Both the position numbers and the translations under genes were made by a program. The notes under the pieces are model-generated. The model worked only from the letters and a program-made list of their open reading frames with translations. It searched no databases and was not told the DNA's origin. From assembly GCA_016928835.1 (NCBI GenBank), contig JAFGJW010000001.1, positions 86,306 to 150,305 of the forward strand: a DNA stretch of 64,000 nucleotides. The letters are read 5' to 3'. The stretch is from Candidatus Woesearchaeota archaeon. Lineage in GTDB: Archaea; Nanobdellota; Nanobdellia; Woesearchaeales; GW2011-AR15. Shown one piece after another: positions 1-9,940 of this stretch. Position 1 is the first letter of the stretch, and each line of letters begins with the position of its first letter.

Positions 1-76
1 CATCAACAAACTAACAGGGAATATTTTAGTTAAAAAGTTACCTAATTTCGGTTCTAGAATTAATACCAGAAACATC

Positions 77-367
77 ATGAAAAGAGATATATTGTTAGTG
101 GACAATATTGGAATTACCAGCAGTAAGATCATTGCGGAGTTAAAAAATAAAATTGAAATTCTAATCTATAAGAAAAATAGGAATAAAGCACTTGCAAATG
201 ATTTTATACTTATTCCACAAAATGCATTGAAAATTATTGAGATTGAAGAGTTTGCGTTGGTTGATGAAAAATCATTAAGAGATGCAATAAAAGAAATTCA
301 AAAAAATAAATTTAATGCATCAATCTTAAAAGATATTCTGGATGAATATAAGAGAGAAAGAGGGTAA
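77..367 (+). CDS. hypothetical small protein (96 aa)
   Basis: ORF with Lys-rich composition typical of this genome. No recognisable motif. Confidence 0.3.
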   Translation: MKRDILLVDNIGITSSKIIAELKNKIEILIYKKNRNKALANDFILIPQNALKIIEIEEFALVDEKSLRDAIKEIQKNKFNASILKDILDEYKRERG

Positions 368-398
368 TACTGCCTCTTTTTAGTTTATATAACGCTGT

Positions 399-1340
399 TC
401 AAACCAAATAAATCCTCTCTTCATTAATTACGACTTTAACTTTTTCTCCTGACTTTACTTTTGTTTTATTCTGCGGTTTTACACTTTGATACGTTTCTGG
501 ATGCAGTACTTCAATATTTGGATAGGTTTTAGAAACAGTAGTCTGGTATTTTTGCAGTTTTCTATAATCTTTGTTTTTTAAATCTATTGAAGTGCTCTTG
601 TCATTCTTAAGATTCTTGCCGTGGACTAACCTTCCTAATTTTGTTATTTTGATGACTTTACTATCTGTTTCAATGACTTCTCCAACATCAAAAGGAAAAG
701 CTTCATAAAAAACATTTACTCTGTATATCTTTTTGCTTTTTTGGCTGTCGTAGGAATGCAAATGCGGGCTAATCTTTAGTTTGCCACCAAATCTCTCCAC
801 CAACTTTTTCCCCAGGTTTTGAAGCTCTTTCTTGTTGTTGACCTTTATCTGGTAAATATCCTTCTTCTCCTTTTTTTCACAACAATATACCTCCTTTTTT
901 TTGAAATAATTCTCAGCGAAACTGCGTATCAGATCATTAATATTTTTTATCTGCAGTATGCCTTCAAAATAATCTCCCTGCTGTTTTGAGCATTTGTCAC
1001 AGATTGTAAGACATATATCTGCTGGCACTAAATAAGAATTGTTGCCCCTAATTATTTCAACCTCAATTTTTGCATTTACTCCTGGGTTGAATTTGAACTT
1101 GGGAATATGGGGTTTCACAGAAAATTGGTCTATCTTTCCTGATAGTCTCTTCTCGAATATCTCTTCAATAATGAGCTCTACACTTTTGAATTTTTTCCAT
1201 TTATTGCGGTAGTTGTACTTGTAACATTTTGTGCAGACCATTATTTTTGTGTCTCTTAAATTCAAGTTTGGCATGGGCCTGCAGTCTCGACAAAAGACAC
1301 CTTCCTTTATATCTTTTCCGCATCCAGGACAAAATTTCAT
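399..1340 (-). CDS. NMD3-family protein (archaeal 60S export adaptor homolog)
   Basis: N-terminal paired CxxC zinc knuckles (MKFCPGCGK...CRDC...CTKC...CDKC) followed by an approx 250-aa body. Length and architecture match archaeal Nmd3. Confidence 0.55.
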   Translation of the reverse strand: MKFCPGCGKDIKEGVFCRDCRPMPNLNLRDTKIMVCTKCYKYNYRNKWKKFKSVELIIEEIFEKRLSGKIDQFSVKPHIPKFKFNPGVNAKIEVEIIRGNNSYLVPADICLTICDKCSKQQGDYFEGILQIKNINDLIRSFAENYFKKKEVYCCEKKEKKDIYQIKVNNKKELQNLGKKLVERFGGKLKISPHLHSYDSQKSKKIYRVNVFYEAFPFDVGEVIETDSKVIKITKLGRLVHGKNLKNDKSTSIDLKNKDYRKLQKYQTTVSKTYPNIEVLHPETYQSVKPQNKTKVKSGEKVKVVINEERIYLV

Positions 1341-1418
1341 AAGAAGGAGGAAGTGATATTAAGTTATAAATATAATTCTTTGATTAACTTTATTAAAAAG
1401 ATTTATTTCTAGGATATT

Positions 1419-2120
1419 ATGCTCCAATTTAACAATTTAACTATCTTAGGTAGCTCTCATATTGCAAAACAGAGTATTAATGAAGTGGAACGGGCATTTG
1501 AAGAGATTAAACCAAGTATTGTGTGCCTTGAGCTAGATGCAAACAGATACATGGCTCTTATGAATAAAAAGAAAAGGGCAAGTAAATTCTCAATCATGAT
1601 TAACTTCGGTATTACAGCATTTGTTTTTGCAATACTTGGAGAATTTGTTCAGAATAAGCTGGGTGATATTGTGGGGATATCTCCCGGGGCAGAGATGAAA
1701 ACAGCAATCAAACTGGCAAAAAAAAATAAGTCAAAAATTGTATTTATTGACCAGCCGATTGAAGTCACCTTAAAAAAACTGTCAGAGAAAATGACTCTAA
1801 TTGAAAGATTGAGGTTTATCTATGACCTATCATTTGGGTGGATATTTAGCAAAGAAAAGGTTAATTTTAATTTGAACGAGGTTCCTTCAGAGGAAATTAT
1901 CCAAAAGCTAGTGCATCAACTGAAACATAGGTATCCGGTTATATATACTGTTTTAATTAAGGAGAGAAATGTAATAATGGCATCGAATTTATTGAACCTC
2001 ATGAACCTCTACCCAAATGACAGCATTCTAGCTATTATGGGTGCAGGTCATGTAGCAGATAGCTTTAGTATTATCAAAGACAAGTTCAGCAATATTAGTT
2101 ATAGCTTCTCAATATCTTAA
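1419..2120 (+). CDS. TraB/PrgY-family protein
   Basis: N-terminal ILGSSHIAKQS...VCLELD motif characteristic of the TraB family. Confidence 0.55.
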   Translation: MLQFNNLTILGSSHIAKQSINEVERAFEEIKPSIVCLELDANRYMALMNKKKRASKFSIMINFGITAFVFAILGEFVQNKLGDIVGISPGAEMKTAIKLAKKNKSKIVFIDQPIEVTLKKLSEKMTLIERLRFIYDLSFGWIFSKEKVNFNLNEVPSEEIIQKLVHQLKHRYPVIYTVLIKERNVIMASNLLNLMNLYPNDSILAIMGAGHVADSFSIIKDKFSNISYSFSIS

Positions 2121-2160
2121 AAGAAAAAACTTAAATACTTCTCTGCTTAGATTATGTTCT

Positions 2161-2925
2161 ATGGGCAAATCCTATATGCATTATGCTAGGTCTTTTTATT
2201 ATAATCTATTTAACTATGGATTAAAACTCTCTTCAAGAGAGATAAAAGAGAGCATTATTTCAATTCTTATTATTGCCTTTATTCTTTCATTTAAAGAATG
2301 GGGTGACCAGACTTTTAATTTTGTTACCGGGATAACCAATTTTGCACTAGCAATCTTATTCAGCATTATTGCTATGGCTGTAAATCAGTTTGGCCAGAGA
2401 ATTATTGCGGTGTACTATGGTTATGATCCAGAGTACTATGGTAATACTATCGGTTTAATGATATCAATTGTTATTGCATTTGCATCAAGGGGAAGCATTA
2501 TACTCTTTGTTCCGGGTTATATAGCTATTAATCACCTGGCTGCCTCACGTTTGGGAGAATTTCGTTATTACACAAATCAGTGGGAATGGGCAAAATCAAG
2601 CTTTGGAGCCCCTCTCTTTAATTTCCTTTTTATTGTGATACTGGGATTCCTGCCTTTCAGGGAGATAATCCTGCTTAGAAAACTATTAATGACCAACCTG
2701 TGGTTCGCTGTATTCTCTCTTCTCCCGCTGCCCAATAATCCAGGAATCTACATGTTTTTTGGCATGAGGTGGTTCTGGGCTTTTGCAGTTGGCTTTACTG
2801 TTGGCGGGTGCCTTCTAGTTTTATTTACAAAGCCCCTAATAGGCCTAATCGGTGCACTTTTGCTTGGTACAGCAGCAATAACCTGGTATTTTATTAAAGT
2901 TGATAGCCTGCCAGAAGTATCATGA
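2161..2925 (+). CDS. polytopic membrane protein, function unknown
   Basis: About 7 hydrophobic segments. No HExxH or other catalytic motif seen. Confidence 0.35.
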   Translation: MGKSYMHYARSFYYNLFNYGLKLSSREIKESIISILIIAFILSFKEWGDQTFNFVTGITNFALAILFSIIAMAVNQFGQRIIAVYYGYDPEYYGNTIGLMISIVIAFASRGSIILFVPGYIAINHLAASRLGEFRYYTNQWEWAKSSFGAPLFNFLFIVILGFLPFREIILLRKLLMTNLWFAVFSLLPLPNNPGIYMFFGMRWFWAFAVGFTVGGCLLVLFTKPLIGLIGALLLGTAAITWYFIKVDSLPEVS

Positions 2926-3488
2926 TTAGCAAAATAGCAAAAAATATATGGAAAATAAATGCAGATTCTAATGTATACCTCCTTGATTTTGAAGATAAGA
3001 TAATCATAGACACGGGCAATAGGGCTAAACGACATATACTTAAGCAATTTCTCAGCAAGCTTGTTGATTTTGACAAAGTGGGTATTGTGATCTTTACACA
3101 CTTGCACTATGATCATATTGGAAATTTTGATCTTTTTTCAAATGCAACTCTGTATGCTTCCAAGAAGGAGATAAATAACCTCTCAAAGAATGCAATTGAT
3201 ACTGTTCTAAATGAAGATATGGCGAAGAAATTTAAAAATGCAAAGGTTGAAGAGATTCCCAAAAAGATTTCAAAGCTAGAAATAATTGAGACGCCAGGAC
3301 ACACTTCTGGCAGTATTTGCGTTTGGTATGATGAGGAAAAAATACTTTTTTCAGGAGATACCTTATTTGATAGAAAAATTACTGGCAGGACAGATCTCCC
3401 CACTTCTCAGTCAGATAAGATGAGAGAATCGCTGATGAAACTTGTGAATTATAATTTTAAGATACTTTGTCCAGGACATGATTACTAG
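2922..3488 (+). CDS. MBL-fold metallo-hydrolase
   Basis: HLHYDH (HxHxDH) zinc motif plus a C-terminal GHD. Start overlaps the upstream stop by 4 nt. Confidence 0.7.
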   Translation: MISKIAKNIWKINADSNVYLLDFEDKIIIDTGNRAKRHILKQFLSKLVDFDKVGIVIFTHLHYDHIGNFDLFSNATLYASKKEINNLSKNAIDTVLNEDMAKKFKNAKVEEIPKKISKLEIIETPGHTSGSICVWYDEEKILFSGDTLFDRKITGRTDLPTSQSDKMRESLMKLVNYNFKILCPGHDY

Positions 3489-3489
3489 C

Positions 3490-3780
3490 TTATTCGGTTT
3501 CTACTTCAATTCCACCTATCCACCTAGCTATCAAATTATATAGCAAGGCTGTTATCAATCCGCCGATAAAACCCATTACTCCATAGATTATTGGCATTGT
3601 AATAATAGCGCCTATACCAAATATAAAACCAAATATGCCTGGATACACTGATTCTGAAAAAGCAGAAAAAATAATGGCAAGTGTGGAGTATAATATCCCA
3701 ATAAGCAGTCCCATTATAGCATATAGAATACCTAATACCTTCCCTGCTGAGATAACTCCTATTTTTTTTATTCTTTTCAT
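3490..3780 (-). CDS. small membrane protein (2-3 TM)
   Basis: 96-aa Gly/Ile-rich hydrophobic ORF. The overlapping ORFs in this interval look spurious. Confidence 0.35.
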   Translation of the reverse strand: MKRIKKIGVISAGKVLGILYAIMGLLIGILYSTLAIIFSAFSESVYPGIFGFIFGIGAIITMPIIYGVMGFIGGLITALLYNLIARWIGGIEVETE

Positions 3781-3876
3781 TTTTTATCACCTTCTCTTAA
3801 TATATAACAAACTTGATTATCTAAATTATATATATTTATCTAAAAAAATAGTTTTTTAATTGAATCTTGATTTCTT

Positions 3877-6060
3877 ATGTGTATGATAAAGAATTTCACT
3901 CCACGCCTATACCAGCAGACTATTCTTGCCACATGCACTGAAAAAAACACTTTAGTTGTGCTGCCTACTGGGCTGGGAAAAACAAATATTTTCTTAATGT
4001 TGGCAGCACACCGCTTGAAACAATATCCTGACTCAAAGGTTTTATTTCTCGGACCAACCAGACCATTAATCTCTCAGTATTATAATATGTTTAAGAAGCA
4101 TTTTGATATTGATGAAAAGCAAATGACTATATTTACAGGTTATGTTAAACCAGAAAAAAGAGAAGAGTTATGGAAAAGCAAAAAAATAATTTTTTCAACT
4201 CCACAAGGTTTGGAAAATGATATCATTACCAATAGAATCAATCTTCAAGAAGTCTCCTTGCTTGGATTTGATGAAGCTCACAGAGCAGTCGGAAATTATT
4301 CGTATGTATGGATTGCACAGCAATATAAAAAGATGAGCAACATGGCAAAAATTCTCGCCCTTACAGCAAGTCCTGGCAGCAAGCTGGAAACAATAGAGGA
4401 GGTGTGCAAGAATCTATTTATTGAAGCAGTTGAAGTCAGGACAGAGAACGACCCCGATGTTAAACCATATATACAAGAGATTAAAATAAAATGGATCTAT
4501 GTAGAATTGCCAAAACCCTTTAATGAAATAAAGGTTTTTTTAGAGAACTGTTTTAAATCAAAAATAAATCAAATTAAAAATCTTGATATAGATATAAAAA
4601 AAGATTTTAGCAAACGGGACCTTCTTGAACTACAGTCGCAGTTAAGAGCTGAAATAATCTCAGGAAACAGGCAGTTTGAGATATTGAGAGCAGTATCAGT
4701 ACTCGCTGAAGCAATTAAAGTTCAGCATGCCCTGGAACTGCTTGAAACACAGGGAATCCATGCGTTAATTGAATTCATGGAAGACATAAATAGCCAGTCA
4801 AGAACAACCAAAGTGAAAGCAGTCAAAAACCTTGTTAAAGACTTGCACTTTAGGTCGGCACTAATCAAGGCAAGAACACTTGAAGAGCTTAATTTGGAAC
4901 ATCCAAAATTGTCTGAATTAAAAAAGATTGTTAAGCAGGAGATTTTGAAAGATGAGGCAGTAAAAATCATTGTATTCAGTCAATATAGGGACTCTCTTAC
5001 AAAAATCGAAGAAGAGTTGCGCAGGTTTGCCAAGGTCAAGATGTTTGTTGGCCAACAAAAGAAAAAAGGTATTGGACTAAGTCAAAAACAGCAACTGCAA
5101 ATATTAAAAGAATTTGAGGAAGGGCAGTTTAATGTAGTGGCAATGTCCAGTGTTGGAGAGGAAGGTCTTGATATACCCTCTGTGGACTTAGTAATATTCT
5201 ATGAGCCTATTCCAAGCGCTATCAGGACAATCCAAAGAAGAGGGAGGACCGGAAGACATGAGGAGGGCAGAGTCATTGTGCTTGTGACAAAGGACACTAG
5301 AGATGAAGCGTATAGGTGGGTTGCGTATCATAAGGAAAAAAGGATGTACTCGGTACTAGATAGGATAAGAGAAAAGTTCCAGATAAAAGAAGTGCCAAAA
5401 TTGGAGACCCATGATAAACAAGATATTATGATAATTGCAGATTATCGCGAAAAATCCTCGGGCATAATAAAAGGTTTAATTGAGAAAGGAGTTAAGATAC
5501 AACTTGAGAAGCTTGACATTGGTGATTATTTATTAAGCTCAAGGGTATGCGTTGAATATAAGACAATCCCTGATTTTGTTGATTCTATTATTGACAAAAG
5601 GTTGTTTATGCAGCTAAGAGAATTAAAAAAATATGATTGCCCTGTTATTGTTCTTGAGGGAGAAGAAAACATTTTTGCACAAAGAAACATCCATCCAAAT
5701 GCAATAATGGGTATGATTGCTGCTATTACAGTTGATTATTCTATACCTATAATCAGTACCAAAAATTGGGAGGAAACACAATTACTTTTAGAGACTATAG
5801 CTAAACGGGAGCAGCTTGGTGAGGATAAAAAATTTACTACACACAGCATGAAACCATTGACACTTAGAGAGCAACAAGAGTATATTGTTTCTGCTTTGCC
5901 TGGCGTTGGAGCAGTAATAGCAAAACCATTGCTGAAAAAATTCGGGAGTGTAAAGAATATTGTTAATGCAAGTGAAAAAGAATTGAAAGAGGTAGAGCTA
6001 ATCGGAGATAAAAAGGCGCAGAAAATAAAAGAAGTGACAGATTCTATGTATGATAATTAA
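3877..6060 (+). CDS. hef: Hef-type helicase-nuclease (SF2 helicase + ERCC4/XPF nuclease + HhH2)
   Basis: Walker A (LPTGLGKT) and DEAH box (GFDEAHRA) with a helicase C-terminal region (RRGRTGR). An ERCC4 nuclease block follows (IIADYREK...LDIGDY), then a C-terminal tandem helix-hairpin-helix (LPGVGAVIAKPLLKKFGS). Confidence 0.85.
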   Translation: MCMIKNFTPRLYQQTILATCTEKNTLVVLPTGLGKTNIFLMLAAHRLKQYPDSKVLFLGPTRPLISQYYNMFKKHFDIDEKQMTIFTGYVKPEKREELWKSKKIIFSTPQGLENDIITNRINLQEVSLLGFDEAHRAVGNYSYVWIAQQYKKMSNMAKILALTASPGSKLETIEEVCKNLFIEAVEVRTENDPDVKPYIQEIKIKWIYVELPKPFNEIKVFLENCFKSKINQIKNLDIDIKKDFSKRDLLELQSQLRAEIISGNRQFEILRAVSVLAEAIKVQHALELLETQGIHALIEFMEDINSQSRTTKVKAVKNLVKDLHFRSALIKARTLEELNLEHPKLSELKKIVKQEILKDEAVKIIVFSQYRDSLTKIEEELRRFAKVKMFVGQQKKKGIGLSQKQQLQILKEFEEGQFNVVAMSSVGEEGLDIPSVDLVIFYEPIPSAIRTIQRRGRTGRHEEGRVIVLVTKDTRDEAYRWVAYHKEKRMYSVLDRIREKFQIKEVPKLETHDKQDIMIIADYREKSSGIIKGLIEKGVKIQLEKLDIGDYLLSSRVCVEYKTIPDFVDSIIDKRLFMQLRELKKYDCPVIVLEGEENIFAQRNIHPNAIMGMIAAITVDYSIPIISTKNWEETQLLLETIAKREQLGEDKKFTTHSMKPLTLREQQEYIVSALPGVGAVIAKPLLKKFGSVKNIVNASEKELKEVELIGDKKAQKIKEVTDSMYDN

Positions 6061-6506
6061 TAAAGCCTATTAAAATAACTGGTTCCAAATCTCTCCTTGG
6101 CTTCCTTGTCAAACTTAACAAATGATATATACTTATATGCTGCAATATCTCTTACAACGCCCACATAGTCTCCATTATCCTTTGTGAGCACAAGTCTTGT
6201 TGTCTGTAATTCTTTGAAGCACTTTATAAGTTCAGGTATACTGATATCTTTGTGCACTGTGATTACTGGTGAGGACATAATCTGTCTTGCTGTGACTTCA
6301 TGGATATCACGATTCCTTGATATGAATCTAAGTATATCTCCTGTTGTGACAATTCCTGTGGTCTTTCCATGCTTGCTTTTAACTATTATCGAGCCAATGT
6401 TGTACTTCTGCATTCTGTCTGCAACAGCAGGCAGGAAATCTTCCTCAGAACAAAAGAATATATTTTTCCTAGCTATGTCATAAGCAGTCTTCGACATAAT
6501 AACCAC
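6057..6506 (-). CDS. CBS-domain pair protein
   Basis: Two CBS-like repeats (IMSSPVITVHKDISIPELI ... LVLTKDNGDYVGVV). Confidence 0.6.
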   Translation of the reverse strand: MVIMSKTAYDIARKNIFFCSEEDFLPAVADRMQKYNIGSIIVKSKHGKTTGIVTTGDILRFISRNRDIHEVTARQIMSSPVITVHKDISIPELIKCFKELQTTRLVLTKDNGDYVGVVRDIAAYKYISFVKFDKEAKERFGTSYFNRLY

Positions 6507-6554
6507 CCCGCGGTCCTATATAATTAGAATATATTGTTTTGCTAATTTAAAAAA

Positions 6555-6908
6555 TTAACTGCTATTATTGATATACCTTGCCAAGCCCTCTATCTGCCTT
6601 AACTTCGTTTTCTTAAATAAAAATTCTCTGAACTGATTATCAATTGTCACTCCATGTTCCTGGAGATGTCTTCTTAGTTTTGAAAACAACTTCTTTCCTT
6701 CACTATCCAGATCTGTGAGGATAACTACTTCTTTGCTTTCTTTACTTATTTCTTCCACTACTTTATAAATCGGTTCCTTAAGTGTTTGTACCTTAATAAT
6801 ATCAAATTTTTCCAAACAGGCTTTATCTTTTTTGCCTTCGACTATAACTAATCTGTTTGAATTTCTTAGTTTAGTCAATTGTTCAAGAAGTTCTTCTATG
6901 TTATTCAT
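6555..6908 (-). CDS. small Toprim-domain protein (COG1658-like)
   Basis: Toprim signature VIVEGKKD ... [11 protein letters not shown] in a 117-aa protein. Confidence 0.55.
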   Translation of the reverse strand: MNNIEELLEQLTKLRNSNRLVIVEGKKDKACLEKFDIIKVQTLKEPIYKVVEEISKESKEVVILTDLDSEGKKLFSKLRRHLQEHGVTIDNQFREFLFKKTKLRQIEGLARYINNSS

Positions 6909-7293
6909 TTGATTCTGTATAATCAGCTAGTATCTTACCATGGTCAAATGCAAGCTCTGGCATTTTGTTTAGAGGAAAGACTTTTGCATCCGCTGCATCA
7001 TCTTGTGCTTTTAGCTCTCCTGTACCATGGGCAATAAATACAGTAGTGACAGTATGAAATCTTGGGTCTCTTTTTGGATCAGAGTAAGTATGAAATTGTT
7101 TCTCTAACTCAACATCAAGATGGGTCTCTTCTTTTGCTTCTCTTACTGCAGCTTGCTCTAATGTTTCACCATAGTCAACAAACCCGCCGGGCAGTGCCCA
7201 ACCATATGGAGGATTTTTCCTTTTAATAAGAACAATCCCTCCTTGATATCTAATTATTATATCAACAGTTATTTTGGGTTGTTTGTGTTGCAT
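6901..7293 (-). CDS. NUDIX hydrolase
   Basis: Nudix box [24 protein letters not shown] (Gx5Ex7REUxEExGU). Confidence 0.75.
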   Translation of the reverse strand: MQHKQPKITVDIIIRYQGGIVLIKRKNPPYGWALPGGFVDYGETLEQAAVREAKEETHLDVELEKQFHTYSDPKRDPRFHTVTTVFIAHGTGELKAQDDAADAKVFPLNKMPELAFDHGKILADYTESNE

Positions 7294-7384
7294 GGCATAT
7301 GAAATAGAAATATTGCTTTTAAATCTTGTGCATCATTTTTCCTTTTAGACAAACTTATAAATTTTCTTTGTTTCTAGCAAAAGT

Positions 7385-8968
7385 ATGGGGGTTATAGAGC
7401 TCAGCAATAGACTGATGTATTATAAGAGAAAAGAGATTCAAGAGGCAATTGTCCAGAGTTGCAGGAACCGAGAAGTTGGTGTAAGATACGGGGACAAGGG
7501 ATTTGGAAAAAGACCTGATACTTTGGAATACCCCGGTGATGCTTTAGAATTGGCTAAAAAAGGGGCTACAAGTTTCCATGTTTCAGAGGAGAGATGGTCA
7601 AATCCGTTGCATTTGGAGCCAATGATGAAAAAAAGTACACTTGACATGCTGAGAACGGGATGGGACCTTGTTTTGGATATTGATTGTCCTTACTGGAATT
7701 TTAGTAAATTAACTGCGCATTTGTTTGTAAAGGCATTAAAAGCACATGGAATACATTCAGTAACCTGCAAGTTTTCTGGTAACAAGGGTTTTCATATTGG
7801 TGTGCCTTTTGAAGCATTTCCAGAGCATATTGGTGAAATAGCCTTTAAGGATTGGTTTCCAGAGGGTCCTAAACGGATAGCACTTTATCTCCTTGCATAT
7901 ATCGGAGAGAGATTGGTACGTGTTGAGAATGAAGACATCATTTTTGATAACAAAGTAAAAGTGCCTATATCAAACCTGATTAGAACAACAGGAAAAGAAA
8001 TGGAAGAAATAACAAAGATAAAATGTAAAGACTGCGGCAAGGAAATATCTAATCTAGTTACTCCAAAAACAGAATTCGTGTGTCCAAGATGCGAGCTAAG
8101 ATTGTTTGATGATAGCAAATTCAAGCAGTGTCCCAAATGTAAAATAATCATGACAAAAAGTTTTTCGCAGAAACCTGTATGCAAGTGTGGTTCTTATGAA
8201 TACTCTGTTGAATTTGATGCTTTGGTTATTATGAATGTTGATACATTATTAATATCCTCGAGACATATGTACCGCTCGCCCTACAGTTTACATGAAAAAT
8301 CTGGATTGGTGTCTTTACCGATCCACCTTGACAACATTATAAGCTTCGCAAAAGAACAGGCAAAACCTGGGAACATTAATGTGGCAAGAAATCCTACCTT
8401 TCTGGATACGAGAAACACAACATCAGAGGAAGGTAAGGTGCTCCTGATCCAGGCATTTGACTTCGCTGCAGCAGACAAAATCCTTCCGCATAAGAAAATA
8501 TTAAGAAACACAAAATATGAGCTGATTGACTCCATACAAATTCCAATGGAACTATTTCCACCTTGCATGCTCAACATACTTAAAGGACTAGATGACGGAA
8601 GGAAGAGAGCTTTATTTTCATTGCTGAATTTTCTGCAGAGTGTGGGTTGGTATGATAATCAAGTGGCAGAATTAATCCATGACTGGAATAAAAAAAACAC
8701 AGAACCATTAAGAGAGACATATATGAAAACCCATATTAATTACCACCTAAAAAAAAAAGATAAAATACCCCCTCCAAACTGCCGCAGTTATTATCAAGAT
8801 CTTGGTGTCTGTGTTCCTGATGCACTATGTGATAAAATCAAGAATCCAATTAATTATTCTAGAATAAAAGCAGGTTCTTTTAAAAAAAAAGGAGGAAAAA
8901 GGAAATTAACTAAAGATCAAAAAGAGATGCGCAGAAAATATAGAGAAAAATTAAAAAATAATAAATAA
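7385..8968 (+). CDS. DNA primase: PriS catalytic domain fused to a PriL-type Fe-S C-terminal domain
   Basis: PriS motifs LVLDIDC (catalytic DxD) and FSGNKGFHIGVP (SGxxGxH), with internal zinc knuckles (CKDCGK...CPRCE, CPKCK...CKCG). The C-terminal 150 aa carries the FPPCM motif plus three more Cys (NCRS, GVCVPDALC), consistent with the 4Fe-4S PriL-CTD. Confidence 0.7.
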   Translation: MGVIELSNRLMYYKRKEIQEAIVQSCRNREVGVRYGDKGFGKRPDTLEYPGDALELAKKGATSFHVSEERWSNPLHLEPMMKKSTLDMLRTGWDLVLDIDCPYWNFSKLTAHLFVKALKAHGIHSVTCKFSGNKGFHIGVPFEAFPEHIGEIAFKDWFPEGPKRIALYLLAYIGERLVRVENEDIIFDNKVKVPISNLIRTTGKEMEEITKIKCKDCGKEISNLVTPKTEFVCPRCELRLFDDSKFKQCPKCKIIMTKSFSQKPVCKCGSYEYSVEFDALVIMNVDTLLISSRHMYRSPYSLHEKSGLVSLPIHLDNIISFAKEQAKPGNINVARNPTFLDTRNTTSEEGKVLLIQAFDFAAADKILPHKKILRNTKYELIDSIQIPMELFPPCMLNILKGLDDGRKRALFSLLNFLQSVGWYDNQVAELIHDWNKKNTEPLRETYMKTHINYHLKKKDKIPPPNCRSYYQDLGVCVPDALCDKIKNPINYSRIKAGSFKKKGGKRKLTKDQKEMRRKYREKLKNNK

Positions 8969-8981
8969 TTGAATTACTCTT

Positions 8982-9773
8982 ATGAAAATAAAAAGGAAGC
9001 AGAAAAAACGGGAAAATGGGACTGTGTTAGTTGTAGGTGGCTGTCCAGATTATGTGGGTGCTCCAGCACTAGCTGGCATGGCTGCTCTAAGAACAGGTGT
9101 TGATATTGTAACAGTATGTGCCCCAGAAAAAGTGGCATGGGCAATTAATTGCTGTGCTCCAGACCTTATAACAAAAAAATTTCTTGGCAACGAATTTGAC
9201 TTGACACACTGCCGGGAGATCATAAATATGAGTCAGAACTATGATGTTGTCCTAATAGGTAATGGTCTTGGGATAAAGAAAGATTTTGTGCTTAAATTAT
9301 TAAGATACATTAAAAAACCTTTGGTTTTGGATGCAGATGCACTTAAAGTAATTAATCTGTCTGCAGTTACTAACTCTATTTTGACACCCCACCTTAAAGA
9401 ATTTGAGATTCTATTCACAAATAGCGTCAAGAAAAAAAAGTTCTATGAAGAGGATTTGGATACAAATATTAAAAACTTCAAACCAGTTACTGGAGACAAT
9501 GTAATCTTGCTCAAAGGAAAGGAAGACCACATTTTTACTAAACATAGAATGCATATTAATAAGACTGGAAATGACGGTATGACTGTGGGAGGAACAGGAG
9601 ATATCCTGGCAGGCCTATGTGCTGGATTTTTAGCACAGACTAAAAATCTCTTTGAATCAGCAAAACATGCAGCCTACGTCAATGGAAGAACAGGGGATCA
9701 TCTGCTTAAGCAGAGAGGATATAGCTTCATCGCGAGTGACATGATTAATGAAATGTGGAGATTTATTAAGTAA
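8982..9773 (+). CDS. nnrD: ADP-dependent NAD(P)H-hydrate dehydratase (YjeF C-terminal / carbohydrate-kinase-like)
   Basis: VVGGCPDYVGAPALAGMAALRTG, GNGLG, DADAL and GGTGDILAG motifs typical of YjeF_C. Confidence 0.65.
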   Translation: MKIKRKQKKRENGTVLVVGGCPDYVGAPALAGMAALRTGVDIVTVCAPEKVAWAINCCAPDLITKKFLGNEFDLTHCREIINMSQNYDVVLIGNGLGIKKDFVLKLLRYIKKPLVLDADALKVINLSAVTNSILTPHLKEFEILFTNSVKKKKFYEEDLDTNIKNFKPVTGDNVILLKGKEDHIFTKHRMHINKTGNDGMTVGGTGDILAGLCAGFLAQTKNLFESAKHAAYVNGRTGDHLLKQRGYSFIASDMINEMWRFIK

Positions 9774-9796
9774 AGTATCGTCTAAATAAATTAGAA

Positions 9797-9811
9797 ACTT
9801 TTATAAATGAC
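9797..9811 (+). promoter_or_regulatory. candidate BRE/TATA promoter of the r-protein operon (GAAACTTTTATAAAT)
   Basis: The same 15-mer occurs about 25 nt upstream of the tRNA-Asn 5' end. Here it lies about 130 nt upstream of the uL3 start, implying a roughly 100-nt leader. Confidence 0.3.
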
Positions 9812-9940
9812 TGGAATTTCCCTCATGCTACAAACATAATGTTGATTATGTTCCTGACCTGAAAAGGGCTGCTTTTATAGATTTCTGCTAAAAGGGTCCA
9901 ATAATAGGTCATTAATACTAAAAAAGATACAACAGATAAA

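Noticed and set aside
2748-3403. Minus-strand ORFs 2748-3116, 2894-3076 and 3113-3403 antisense to the membrane protein and MBL genes
   Set aside because: They are entirely embedded antisense in well-supported genes. Their hydrophobic, low-complexity translations are typical of AT-rich antisense frames.
3536-3859. ORFs 3536-3790 (-) and 3635-3859 (+) as extra genes
   Set aside because: They overlap the better small membrane ORF 3490-3780 and the Hef promoter region. They have odd Tyr/Trp/Cys-rich compositions consistent with off-frame translation.
9835-9940. Possible regulatory hairpin (CUUUUA...UAAAAG) in the r-protein operon leader
   Set aside because: It has only a 6-bp AU stem with a mismatched extension. 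That is too weak to call without comparative evidence, so it is mentioned only in the promoter finding.
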